DNA of 63,888 bases, filler included. It is 11 parts of 11 records of this genome, joined end to end, with 100 filler letters (N's around TTAATTAATTAA, not from the genome) between each part and the next. Parts side by side here need not be neighbours in the genome. Positions count along the whole stretch, not along the records: positions 52,266 to 58,146 come from SRR31147125_422393; positions 58,247 to 63,888 come from SRR31147125_425185; 9 more parts are not named here. The stretch is one strand, 5' to 3'. The notes under the pieces were generated by a model, which was given only the letters and a program-made list of their open reading frames with translations, did not search any database and was not told where the DNA came from. The position numbers were made by a program, and so were the translations under genes. Positions 56,153 through 63,888 of the stretch are shown in pieces. Each line of letters starts with the position of its first letter. Position 1 is the first letter of the stretch.

Positions 56153-56715
56153 AACAGATAGGATTCTATTTCGACCAGACCCGTTGCACAGGCTGCAGCG
56201 CCTGCCGCGTCGCCTGCAAGGACTGGAACGACATCCCTGCCGGACCTGAGAACTGGATGCGGATCCATTATACGGAAAAGGGCCAATGCCCCAACGTTTT
56301 CGTCAGCTACCTGGCCTCTCCTTGCTGGCACTGCGAAGATCCGGTCTGTGCAGCCGCCTGCCCGGTTGACGCCATTCATAAAAGAACGGGAGACGGCATT
56401 GTCGTGGTTGACCGTGAACGCTGCCTCGGCAATGAGGAGTGCGACGAGAAGTGCCGAAAGGCCTGCCCGTACAATGCTCCCCAGTTCGGTCCGGAACCAG
56501 GCGCCAAGATGGGAAAATGCAACTACTGCCTGGACCGCGTCGAGGTCGGAAAACTTCCCAATTGCGTTGAGGCGTGCCCGGTGAGAGCTATGGACGCAGG
56601 TCCGTTGGAGATGTTAAAGCAGAAGTACGGCAGCATACAGAGCGCCGAAGGGTTTACTTACGCCAAACGGGTTAAGCCGGCCGTTATCTTCAAACCCAAA
56701 CCATCAAGGCACTGA
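56149..56715 (+). CDS. 4Fe-4S dicluster electron-transfer subunit (DmsB-like)
   Basis: FYFDQTRCTGCSACRVACKD, CWHCEDPVC...CP, C...CRKACPYNAPQF, KCNYC..R....P.CVEACP; ATGA overlap with the upstream gene. Confidence 0.9.
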   Translation: MKQIGFYFDQTRCTGCSACRVACKDWNDIPAGPENWMRIHYTEKGQCPNVFVSYLASPCWHCEDPVCAAACPVDAIHKRTGDGIVVVDRERCLGNEECDEKCRKACPYNAPQFGPEPGAKMGKCNYCLDRVEVGKLPNCVEACPVRAMDAGPLEMLKQKYGSIQSAEGFTYAKRVKPAVIFKPKPSRH

Positions 56716-56768
56716 CCACCAATTTTCAAGCCAAGATACCCACCTTTGAGGACTTTGGGGAGGTAACA

Positions 56769-57371
56769 ATGATGTTGCGATGCAAACCTGTCGGTGCCTG
56801 GGCCATGAATGCATATGCCCTGCGGTGCATCAAAACCGGGCAAAGCGTGCTCATCGATCCGGGGGCCGAGCCGCGCACCCTCACATCCCTGCTTGGCGAC
56901 AGTACACCGGTTGCCATCTTGATCACCCACAACCATCCGGACCATGTCGGCGCCCTCGAGGCAATGCGTCGGCAACTGGAAGTTCCGGTCATGGCGCCCG
57001 CCCTAAGCGGCATCGCGGCCGACCGCCTGCTAAAGGCTGACGACCGCATCGAGGTGGGTGAACACACCATTCGCATCTACCCCACCCCGGGCCACACAGA
57101 GGACCAGATAAGCTTCGGCGTCGAGGAAAAGCCCATCTACATCGTCGGCGATACCATCTTCGAGGGCGGACCGGGAAAGACATGGTCCACCGAAGGTTTT
57201 CAAACGACGCTGGCCACCCTGCGGAACGTTATCCTTTCATGGCCCGACGATGCCGTCTGCCACCCCGGACACGGCCCCTCCTTTCAACTTGGTCATCTTC
57301 GCCCTGCCATCGAACGCTTTCTTTCAAAGAATCATGGCGGTTTCTACGGTGACGCCGAATGGGAGATGTAG
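56769..57371 (+). CDS. MBL-fold metallohydrolase (glyoxalase II-like)
   Basis: LIDPG, THNHPDHVG, TPGHT, GDTIF.GGPG, HPGHG. Confidence 0.9.
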   Translation: MMLRCKPVGAWAMNAYALRCIKTGQSVLIDPGAEPRTLTSLLGDSTPVAILITHNHPDHVGALEAMRRQLEVPVMAPALSGIAADRLLKADDRIEVGEHTIRIYPTPGHTEDQISFGVEEKPIYIVGDTIFEGGPGKTWSTEGFQTTLATLRNVILSWPDDAVCHPGHGPSFQLGHLRPAIERFLSKNHGGFYGDAEWEM

Positions 57372-57431
57372 CCACACAAAAGTCTATTGGAGAGGAACGG
57401 CCGGCCACGCTTCCATTAAACCCAATCAACC

Positions 57432-58146
57432 TCAAGGGTTCTGTTCGTATACGTCCACCAGAGGAGCGATATGGGTGCCCCAGACCCGTTGGTAACGCTC
57501 GGGGTCCCCGGCCGGATTCCTGATCATCTTCAGACAAAAGGCCGCCTGCTCTTGGCTGGCACCCGATTTTTGAGACAGCTGCAAGGCAAACTTTGAAAAA
57601 TCCCTGATCATAAAGTCGAACACCTGGTCCAGCAGATCACTGTCCAACGCTTCTATGCCCGCCTCCTCGATAATCAGCTGGCCGTATGTTACCAGCGTAA
57701 ACAGTTCACCCAGGGAGAGAAGAAAATCGATGTCTTTGGACTGCTCCTTGCTCGGTGGCGCAGACATCAACATCTCCCGCAGCAAACCGACCTGCTCCTT
57801 GAAGATGTTCGTGTTGGGAAGGCTGACCGAATCATAAGCGATCCTGTAGTCGTGGAACTGTATCTTGCCCAAGCCCCTGGTCGGGCCTTGATCGAAGAGA
57901 AAGGTGTCATCCGCCGGCACCGTCTGCTTGGCAACGACCGGAAATTCGGCTTGATTGAAGAAGTAGTTTGCCATGAACTTGACGACTAAAGCCATGTTGA
58001 CATGCACGGTGCCCTCCAACTTCGGCAGCGTGCGGATGTCACGGGTGGCGTTCTCAAAATAGACATCCTTTTCGAAGCCACGGGCGGCAATCACATCCCA
58101 GAGCAAGTTAATCACCTCCTCGCCTTCGCAGGTGACCTTCATCTTG
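57432..58146 (-). CDS. Acyl-CoA dehydrogenase, C-terminal part; 5'-truncated
   Basis: KVTCEGEEVINLLWDVIAARGFEKD, RDIRTLPKLEGTVHVNM. Confidence 0.8.
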
Positions 58147-58246
58147 NNNNNNNNNNNNNNNNNNNNNNNNNNNNNNNNNNNNNNNNNNNNTTAATTAATT
58201 AANNNNNNNNNNNNNNNNNNNNNNNNNNNNNNNNNNNNNNNNNNNN

Positions 58247-59194
58247 AAGACCGCGCTGGCGCGCGGCGCAGAGATGGCGGGAACCGGGATCTGCTCCGGC
58301 GAAGGCGGCATGCTGCCCGAGGAGAAGGCTGAAAACAGCCGGTATCTCTATGAGCTGGCCTCGGCCCGTTTCGGCTGGCGTCCCGAACTGGTGGAGGATG
58401 TGCAGGCATTCCACTTCAAGGGCGGGCAAGGGGCAAAGACCGGCACCGGCGGCCACCTTCCCGGAGACAAGGTTCAGGGGAAGATCGCCGAGGTTCGAGG
58501 GCTGGAGCCGGGGCAAGCGGCAATCTCGCCCGCCACCTTCCCCGATCTCGCAACGCCACAGGATTTTGCCAAGCTCGCCGACGAGGTGCGCGAGCGCTCC
58601 GGCGGCATTCCAATCGGGTTCAAGCTCTCGGCAAACCATATCGAGGAGGATATCGATTTCGCGCTGGCCGCCGGCGCCGATTACATCATCCTTGATGGCC
58701 GCGGTGGCGGGACAGGTGCCGCGCCGCTGATCTTTCGCAACCATATCTCCGTACCGACGATCCCGGCTCTGGCGCGGGCGCGGCGCCATCTGGACAAGAC
58801 GGCCGGCCGAGACGTCACGCTTGTGATAACAGGCGGGCTCAGAGTGGCCGAGGATTTCGTCAAGGCGCTTGCTCTTGGAGCGGATGCCATTGCCGTCTCC
58901 AATTCCGCGATGCAAGCGGTGGGATGTATCGCCGCCCGGATGTGCAATACCAATAACTGCCCGGTCGGTATCGCCACCCAGAAGCCGGAGCTGCGCGCAA
59001 AGCTCGATGTCGAGGTCGGCGCCCAAAAGCTCGCGCGCTATTTCGGGGCGAGCGTGGAACTGATGCAGGTGCTTGCCCGCGCCTGCGGGCATTCCAGCCT
59101 TGCCGAATTCGAGATCCGTGACATCACCACATGGAAGCGCGAAATGGCCGATCTGAGCGGCGTACGGTTCGCGGGGGCTGGTTCGATAGATTAG
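58247..59194 (+). CDS. FMN-binding glutamate synthase family protein; 5'-truncated
   Basis: ICSGEGG, KGGQGAKTGTGGHLPG.KV, IGFKL, DGRGGGTGAAP, TGGLR, C....C.TNNCPVGIATQ. Confidence 0.9.
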   Translation, partial: KTALARGAEMAGTGICSGEGGMLPEEKAENSRYLYELASARFGWRPELVEDVQAFHFKGGQGAKTGTGGHLPGDKVQGKIAEVRGLEPGQAAISPATFPDLATPQDFAKLADEVRERSGGIPIGFKLSANHIEEDIDFALAAGADYIILDGRGGGTGAAPLIFRNHISVPTIPALARARRHLDKTAGRDVTLVITGGLRVAEDFVKALALGADAIAVSNSAMQAVGCIAARMCNTNNCPVGIATQKPELRAKLDVEVGAQKLARYFGASVELMQVLARACGHSSLAEFEIRDITTWKREMADLSGVRFAGAGSID

Positions 59195-59200
59195 GCCGGC

Positions 59201-59945
59201 TTACTCTACCGGTGCGACCGCCCCCACCATAGGCCCAAGCGGGAAGCCGCTATCGGAGCGGCCCAGCGATGGCGCATGGAGGCGCGAGACCTTGCCGTCG
59301 AAATAGAGCGCGTTCGGAGTTTTGAGCAGGTCGCGAAAGAGCCGTCCGAAGCTGTCGAAATTCACCCGGTTGTCGGAAATGGCGAAATGCACGGTCACGC
59401 CATCGGCTCCAACGCCGACACCGTTGCGAATGTAGCGGCTTGTCCCGTCGGGCAGAAAGCGCGGGTGCAGCGCGCCGTCGATCACCAGCATCGGCCCGGA
59501 TTGCGTGGCATAGAGGCAGTCGGGAGGGGCCTCCGCGTAGCGGCGGCTTTCGATGACCTGCGCCGAATGCTCCGCGATACAGAAGATGCCGTTTGGCAGC
59601 AGGCCGAAATTGCCCGGCCCGTCGCGCGTGACCAGCGGGCCGCTTTGCACGCCGCGTTCGAGATAGAGGCCGACGGGGCTGCGGTCCTCGTGATACATGC
59701 CGGCATTCATCGCAAAGGAGAGCTGCTTGCCCTCGGCGGCGAGCGCGGAATCGATGCGAGAGAAGCTGCCATAGAGCTTGCCCTCAGCATCGCTGTGAAA
59801 CAGCCGGATCTCGTCGAGATCGGCGCGCAGGGTGCAGACGGTGTAGCGGTTTCCGTCGTGGGTAAGCTTGCGGCAATCAGGCTCGGCCATGGCCGTGATC
59901 GTGCCTGCAACCAACAGGCTCAACGCGATCCCGATACGCCGCAAG
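59201..59945 (-). CDS. Phosphodiester glycosidase (NAGPA/YigE-like) family exported protein; appears in frame with rbfA
   Basis: Signal-like [61 protein letters not shown]. Confidence 0.8.
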
Positions 59946-60367
59946 GGCTCAAGGGCATCGTCATCCTCGTGCTTGGTGGAGATATCGCGTTGCACGCGGT
60001 CGTCGGAGAACATCCGGCGCGTCTCGTCCATCCGGTCAAACGTGTCGTCCAGCACGAAGCGCAGTTGCGGCGCGTATTTCAGCGCCAGCCCCTTGGCCAC
60101 GATCTTGCGCAGCTCGTGGCGGTTGCGAATGAGCGCTTCCATCGCCTCCTCCGCACGGTCGCCGCCCAGCGGCATCACATAGGCGGTGGCAATCTTCAGA
60201 TCGGGCGAGGTGCGCACCTCGGCCACGGTGATCGACATCCGGTTCAGGTCCGGGTCATGCACATCGCCTTGGTTGAGCACATCGGCCAGCCGGCGGCGGA
60301 CCAATTCGCCAACGCGGAGCTGACGCTGCGACGGGCCGGGCCCGCTATGGAACTTGTTCTTTGCCAT
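59946..60367 (-). CDS. rbfA: Ribosome-binding factor A (stop codon missing in this assembly; end approximate)
   Basis: [49 protein letters not shown]. Confidence 0.9.
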
Positions 60368-60465
60368 GCCTCCCAACTAGGGCTCCGTGGCCTCCGGTGC
60401 AAGCAGGGCTTTGCGCGCAAGGCGGCACTCGGCTAAACCGGGCCCAAGTTTCAGGAGACAGGCAG

Positions 60466-61275
60466 ATGAGCAATATACCGGGGATCGTGGTTATGGGCGC
60501 GTCGGGGCGGATGGGGCAGATGCTCGTCCGCGAGGTGACGGCCCATCCAAAGATGAAGCTCGTGGGGGCGGTTGAGCGCGCCGGCCATGACTGGATCGGC
60601 CAGGATCTCGGCGCGGCCATGGGCGGGCAGCCCTCGGGCCTGTTTGTCACCGACGACCCGCTCGAGGCGATGGCCGGCGCGCAGGGGGTGATCGATTTCA
60701 CCACGCCGCAGGTGACGGTGGAGCTCTCGGTGATCGCGGCACAGGCGCGGGCGGTGCATGTGATCGGCACCACCGGCATGACGGATGCCGATATCGACAA
60801 GCTGGATGCCGCCGCGCGCCATGCGGTGATCGTGCGGGCGGGCAATATGAGCTTGGGTGTGAACCTGCTCACGCAATTGACCAAGCAGGTCGCTGCGGCG
60901 CTGGATGAGGATTTCGACATCGAGGTGGTCGAGGCCCATCACCGCCACAAGGTCGATGCGCCCTCGGGCACCGCGCTGATGCTGGGCGAGGCCGCCGCCG
61001 AGGGCCGTGGGCTCGATTTCAAGGAAAGCTATGTCGCCGCGCGCGACGGTATCACCGGTGCGCGCGCGCCCGGCTCCATCGGCTATTCGGCGATTCGCGG
61101 TGGCGATATCGTGGGCGAGCATGACGTGATCTTTGCCGGTGCCGGCGAGCGGATCGTGCTGCGCCACATCGCCTCGGATCGCGCGCTCTTTGCCCGTGGC
61201 GCGCTCAAGGCCGCGCTTTGGGGGCAGGACCAGAAACCCGGCCATTACTCCATGCTCAACGTTCTGGGGTTGTGA
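60466..61275 (+). CDS. dapB: 4-hydroxy-tetrahydrodipicolinate reductase
   Basis: [42 protein letters not shown]. Confidence 0.95.
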   Translation: MSNIPGIVVMGASGRMGQMLVREVTAHPKMKLVGAVERAGHDWIGQDLGAAMGGQPSGLFVTDDPLEAMAGAQGVIDFTTPQVTVELSVIAAQARAVHVIGTTGMTDADIDKLDAAARHAVIVRAGNMSLGVNLLTQLTKQVAAALDEDFDIEVVEAHHRHKVDAPSGTALMLGEAAAEGRGLDFKESYVAARDGITGARAPGSIGYSAIRGGDIVGEHDVIFAGAGERIVLRHIASDRALFARGALKAALWGQDQKPGHYSMLNVLGL

Positions 61276-61277
61276 GC

Positions 61278-62078
61278 ATGCTGCGCAGCCTTGGTTTGCG
61301 CAGCGATCTGATGGTGCTGCGCGGGGTGTCGGAGGTTGAGGAACATGATGACCGGGTTGTCCTGCGCACCCCGTCCGAGCCGGATTTCTGGTTCGGCAAT
61401 ATGGTGATCTTTCGCGACGCCCGGATCGACTCGGAGGCCCAGCTTGCGCAGTTTCGGGCGGATTTTCCGACGTCGAAACATGTCACGCTCGTCTGGGATG
61501 TTCCCGGCTTTGAAGGCGGGGCGGCGCTGGAGCGGTTCAGGGAACTGGGGTTTGAAATCGACCGGAGCGATGTGCTGACCCTGCAAGGGCCCCAGAGCCG
61601 CGCACCCATGCCCGAAGGCATCACGATCCGCGCCATCGAGACGCCGCAGGACTTGGAACAGGTCATCGCGCTACAGATCGAGACCGGTGTCGAGGGCGGG
61701 TATGCGCGGGAGGGCCATGCCGCTTATGTCCGCAAACGCTTTGCAAACCGTCAGGCGCAGATGGCCGAAGGCTGGGGTTGCTGGTTTGGTGCTTTCGACG
61801 GCACGCGTCTCGTGGGCGATCTGGGACTCTTCGAAGGCGAGGGGACCGCGCGGTTTCAGAATGTTGAGACGCGGGCGAGCCACAGGCGGCGCGGTATCTG
61901 CGCCGCGCTCGTCAACGCCGGCCTCGATTGGGCCAAGGACCACGCGCGGGGCGCGACGCCTGTTATCGTGGCAGACACGGACGGGAATGCCGGGCGGATC
62001 TATCGCCGCTGTGGTTTTTCCCTGAGCGAACGGATTCTTGCCGTGGTCCGCCCGCCGGAAGGTGGCAAAACCGGCTAG
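61278..62078 (+). CDS. GNAT family N-acetyltransferase
   Basis: RTPSEPDFWFGN; ARFQNVET..SHRRRGIC..L; AGRIYRRCGF. Confidence 0.85.
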   Translation: MLRSLGLRSDLMVLRGVSEVEEHDDRVVLRTPSEPDFWFGNMVIFRDARIDSEAQLAQFRADFPTSKHVTLVWDVPGFEGGAALERFRELGFEIDRSDVLTLQGPQSRAPMPEGITIRAIETPQDLEQVIALQIETGVEGGYAREGHAAYVRKRFANRQAQMAEGWGCWFGAFDGTRLVGDLGLFEGEGTARFQNVETRASHRRRGICAALVNAGLDWAKDHARGATPVIVADTDGNAGRIYRRCGFSLSERILAVVRPPEGGKTG

Positions 62079-62329
62079 AAGTCGATTGCCAGACCCTTCT
62101 TCTCCCAGTCGCCATAGCGCACGGGCTCCAACCCCTTGATGCGGCCGCCCAGCTCCGTGGGCATTGCGTCGGCTTCGGCCTCTGCCTTGGCCCGGCGTTC
62201 CTCGGCCTCCTCCAGCGCGCGCAACGCAGCGGGCGGAAGGGATTTGCGACGCTCGGCCTCTGCCTTTGCGGCGGCAACGGGGTCGATTTCCTGCGGGGCC
62301 TCTACCGGCTCCTGGCTGTCGTCACTCAT
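62075..62329 (-). CDS. DUF1674 (SDHAF4-like) protein
   Basis: LPPAALRALEEAEERR...ELGG..GLEPVRYGDWEKKG.AIDF. Confidence 0.85.
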   Translation of the reverse strand: MSDDSQEPVEAPQEIDPVAAAKAEAERRKSLPPAALRALEEAEERRAKAEAEADAMPTELGGRIKGLEPVRYGDWEKKGLAIDF

Positions 62330-62402
62330 GCGCTTGTCCTTGTCGCTGATCCTCGTGTGATATACGCCCCGCGGATCAAGTATCAATGGGAAGGGCCGTC
62401 GC

Positions 62403-63677
62403 ATGGGCGAAGGGCAACCGAGCGGCACCGCGCCGCGACAGCTGGCGCTGGACCTGCTTCAGGGCGTCTGGGAAGAAAAGATGCTGCTCGCCGAGCTGGA
62501 GCAGCACCCGCATTTCGCCGAGAAACCGGCCGAGATCCGGGCCCGTGCGGCGCGGCTTGCCCGCACCACGTTGCGGCTCGCGGACCGTGCAGATGCGGCG
62601 ATGAAACCCTTCCTCCAGCGTCCGCCTCGTCCCGGCATTCAGGCCCTGCTGCGGCTGGCCGTGGTCGAGCTTCTGGCCGAGGGCGAGGCGCCCCATGGCG
62701 TGGTCAATGCCGCCGTGACGCTGGCCAAGCGTGAACAGGCCAAGGCCGCGCCCATGGTCAATGCGGTGCTGCGCCGGGTGGCCGAGAACGGGCAGGCAGG
62801 TTGGGACAAGACACAGCCGCAGCGCCTGCCGAACTGGCTGCGCGGACGGCTGGGCGCGACTTATGGCAATGCGCGGGTGGCCCGGATGGAAGCGGCTTTC
62901 GAGGCCGCGCCGCCGGTGGATCTGACACCGAAATCGGGCTCTGCGACGCTGCCCGAAGGAGACATGCTGCCCACCGGCACATTGCGGCTGACCAAAACCG
63001 GACAGATTTCGGCGCTTCCCGGCTATGAGACCGGCGATTGGTGGGTGCAGGATGCCGCCGCCGCCTTGCCCGCGCGCCTGCTGGCCGCGAAACCGGGCGA
63101 GCGGGTGCTGGATCTTTGCGCCGCACCGGGCGGCAAGACGTTGCAGCTTGCGGCAAGCGGGGCCGATGTGACCGCGCTCGACATCTCGGAGCTGCGTCTT
63201 GAGCGGTTGCGCGAGAACCTCGCCCGCACCGGCCTGACAGCGCAGGTCGTTGAAGCCGATGCGCTTGAATGGGAGCCGGACGCGCCCTTCGAGGCGATCC
63301 TGCTCGATGCCCCCTGTTCGGCCAGCGGCACGATCCGCCGCCACCCGGACCTGCCCTTTGCCAAGGATGGCGCGGGCATCAAGCCGCTCTTCGCGCTTCA
63401 GTCGCAGATGATCGACCGGGGCGTGGAATTGCTTGCGCCGGGCGGGCGGCTGGTTTTCTGCACCTGTAGCCTTTTGCCCGAGGAGGGCGAGAAGCAGCTT
63501 GAGGCGATGCTGGACCGCCACCCCGCGCTTGCGCCGGATCGGGCGGCCATTGATGCGCTGGCGGGGCTTGAGCCGGGCTGGCAGGTTGCGCCCGGCGCCT
63601 TGCGGACGACGCCCGAGATGTGGCCCGAACGCGGCGGTCTGGACGGATTCTTTATCGCGGCCCTGCGTAAAGCCTGA
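62403..63677 (+). CDS. rsmB: RsmB/NOP family RNA m5C methyltransferase with NusB-like N-terminus
   Basis: MVNAVLRR, WWVQDAAA, VLDLCAAPGGKT, LLDAPCSASGTIRRHPD, FCTCSL, DGFFIA.L. Confidence 0.85.
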   Translation: MGEGQPSGTAPRQLALDLLQGVWEEKMLLAELEQHPHFAEKPAEIRARAARLARTTLRLADRADAAMKPFLQRPPRPGIQALLRLAVVELLAEGEAPHGVVNAAVTLAKREQAKAAPMVNAVLRRVAENGQAGWDKTQPQRLPNWLRGRLGATYGNARVARMEAAFEAAPPVDLTPKSGSATLPEGDMLPTGTLRLTKTGQISALPGYETGDWWVQDAAAALPARLLAAKPGERVLDLCAAPGGKTLQLAASGADVTALDISELRLERLRENLARTGLTAQVVEADALEWEPDAPFEAILLDAPCSASGTIRRHPDLPFAKDGAGIKPLFALQSQMIDRGVELLAPGGRLVFCTCSLLPEEGEKQLEAMLDRHPALAPDRAAIDALAGLEPGWQVAPGALRTTPEMWPERGGLDGFFIAALRKA

Positions 63678-63747
63678 CACCGCCCTCCGCGACGCCTATT
63701 CTCCGCGCCGGGGATGCACACAGGATCGAGGGGCCGCCGCCGCTTCC

Positions 63748-63888
63748 ATGGAACATGTCGAGGGAAAAGCCAGCTGGCAGGAACGGCGCATTCGCCTGAT
63801 GAATCGCCTTCACGCCCGGCGCGCGGCCCGCACGCAGCCCGCGACCGGCTTCGTCTCCGGCCCTGAGCCGCGCATGATTGGCGGTTTT
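63748..63888 (+). CDS. Heparinase II/III family protein, N-terminus only
   Basis: MEHVEGKASWQERRIRLMNRLHARRAARTQPATGFVSGPEPRMIG; the position after rsmB matches roseobacter gene order as recalled. Confidence 0.55.
   Translation, partial: MEHVEGKASWQERRIRLMNRLHARRAARTQPATGFVSGPEPRMIGGF

Noticed and set aside
5806-58246. Regularly recurring TTAATTAATTAA (PacI-like palindrome) as a CRISPR repeat or biological motif
   Set aside because: Always centred in identical 100-nt N blocks at contig joins, so it is an artificial six-frame-stop linker.
1-63888. rRNA, tRNA, CRISPR arrays, transposases, integrases, phage or defence genes
   Set aside because: None recognised by eye on either strand; a tRNAscan/Infernal run would be needed to exclude small RNAs.

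Overview
The window is not one locus. It is 11 unrelated contigs of about 5-7 kb joined by ten identical 100-nt artificial spacers (N44-TTAATTAATTAA-N44, a stop in all six frames). Contigs are 1-5805, 5906-11500, 11601-17112, 17213-22349, 22450-27616, 27717-34135, 34236-41377, 41478-46649, 46750-52165, 52266-58146 and 58247-63888. Five contigs (1, 2, 5, 8, 9) come from a compact, intron-dense microbial eukaryote using the standard code, probably flagellated. They encode a TRIP12/Ufd4-type HECT ligase, exportin-5, ARL13B, AP-4 beta, Gemin5, a two-repeat MYB, an RA/FERM-like-PH-ankyrin protein, TMA7 and a membrane RING protein. Six contigs are bacterial. By gene content and protein style (inference only) four look Desulfobacterota-like: a methyltransferase/NikA-type ABC operon, cinA-mtaB-mnmA with a U32 gene, PdsRS with a VIT-VWA gene, and a TPP enzyme with a DmsAB-like pair. 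One looks spirochaete-like and one Rhodobacteraceae-like. Many genes carry single-base deletions in homopolymer runs, probably sequencing errors. The best candidates for new biology are: (1) a PdsR/PdsS two-component pair divergent from a DUF4258 + secreted VIT-VWA operon, with a helically phased array of GTGAY repeats in pho-box geometry; (2) a ~330-nt multi-hairpin leader ending in a terminator upstream of two methyltransferases and a NikA-like transporter; (3) a Tat-less, anchor-less DmsAB-like molybdoenzyme co-transcribed with a TPP enzyme; (4) an intronless type-I membrane RING/PPxY protein in the protist. All family assignments are from motif recognition by eye; no searches were run.
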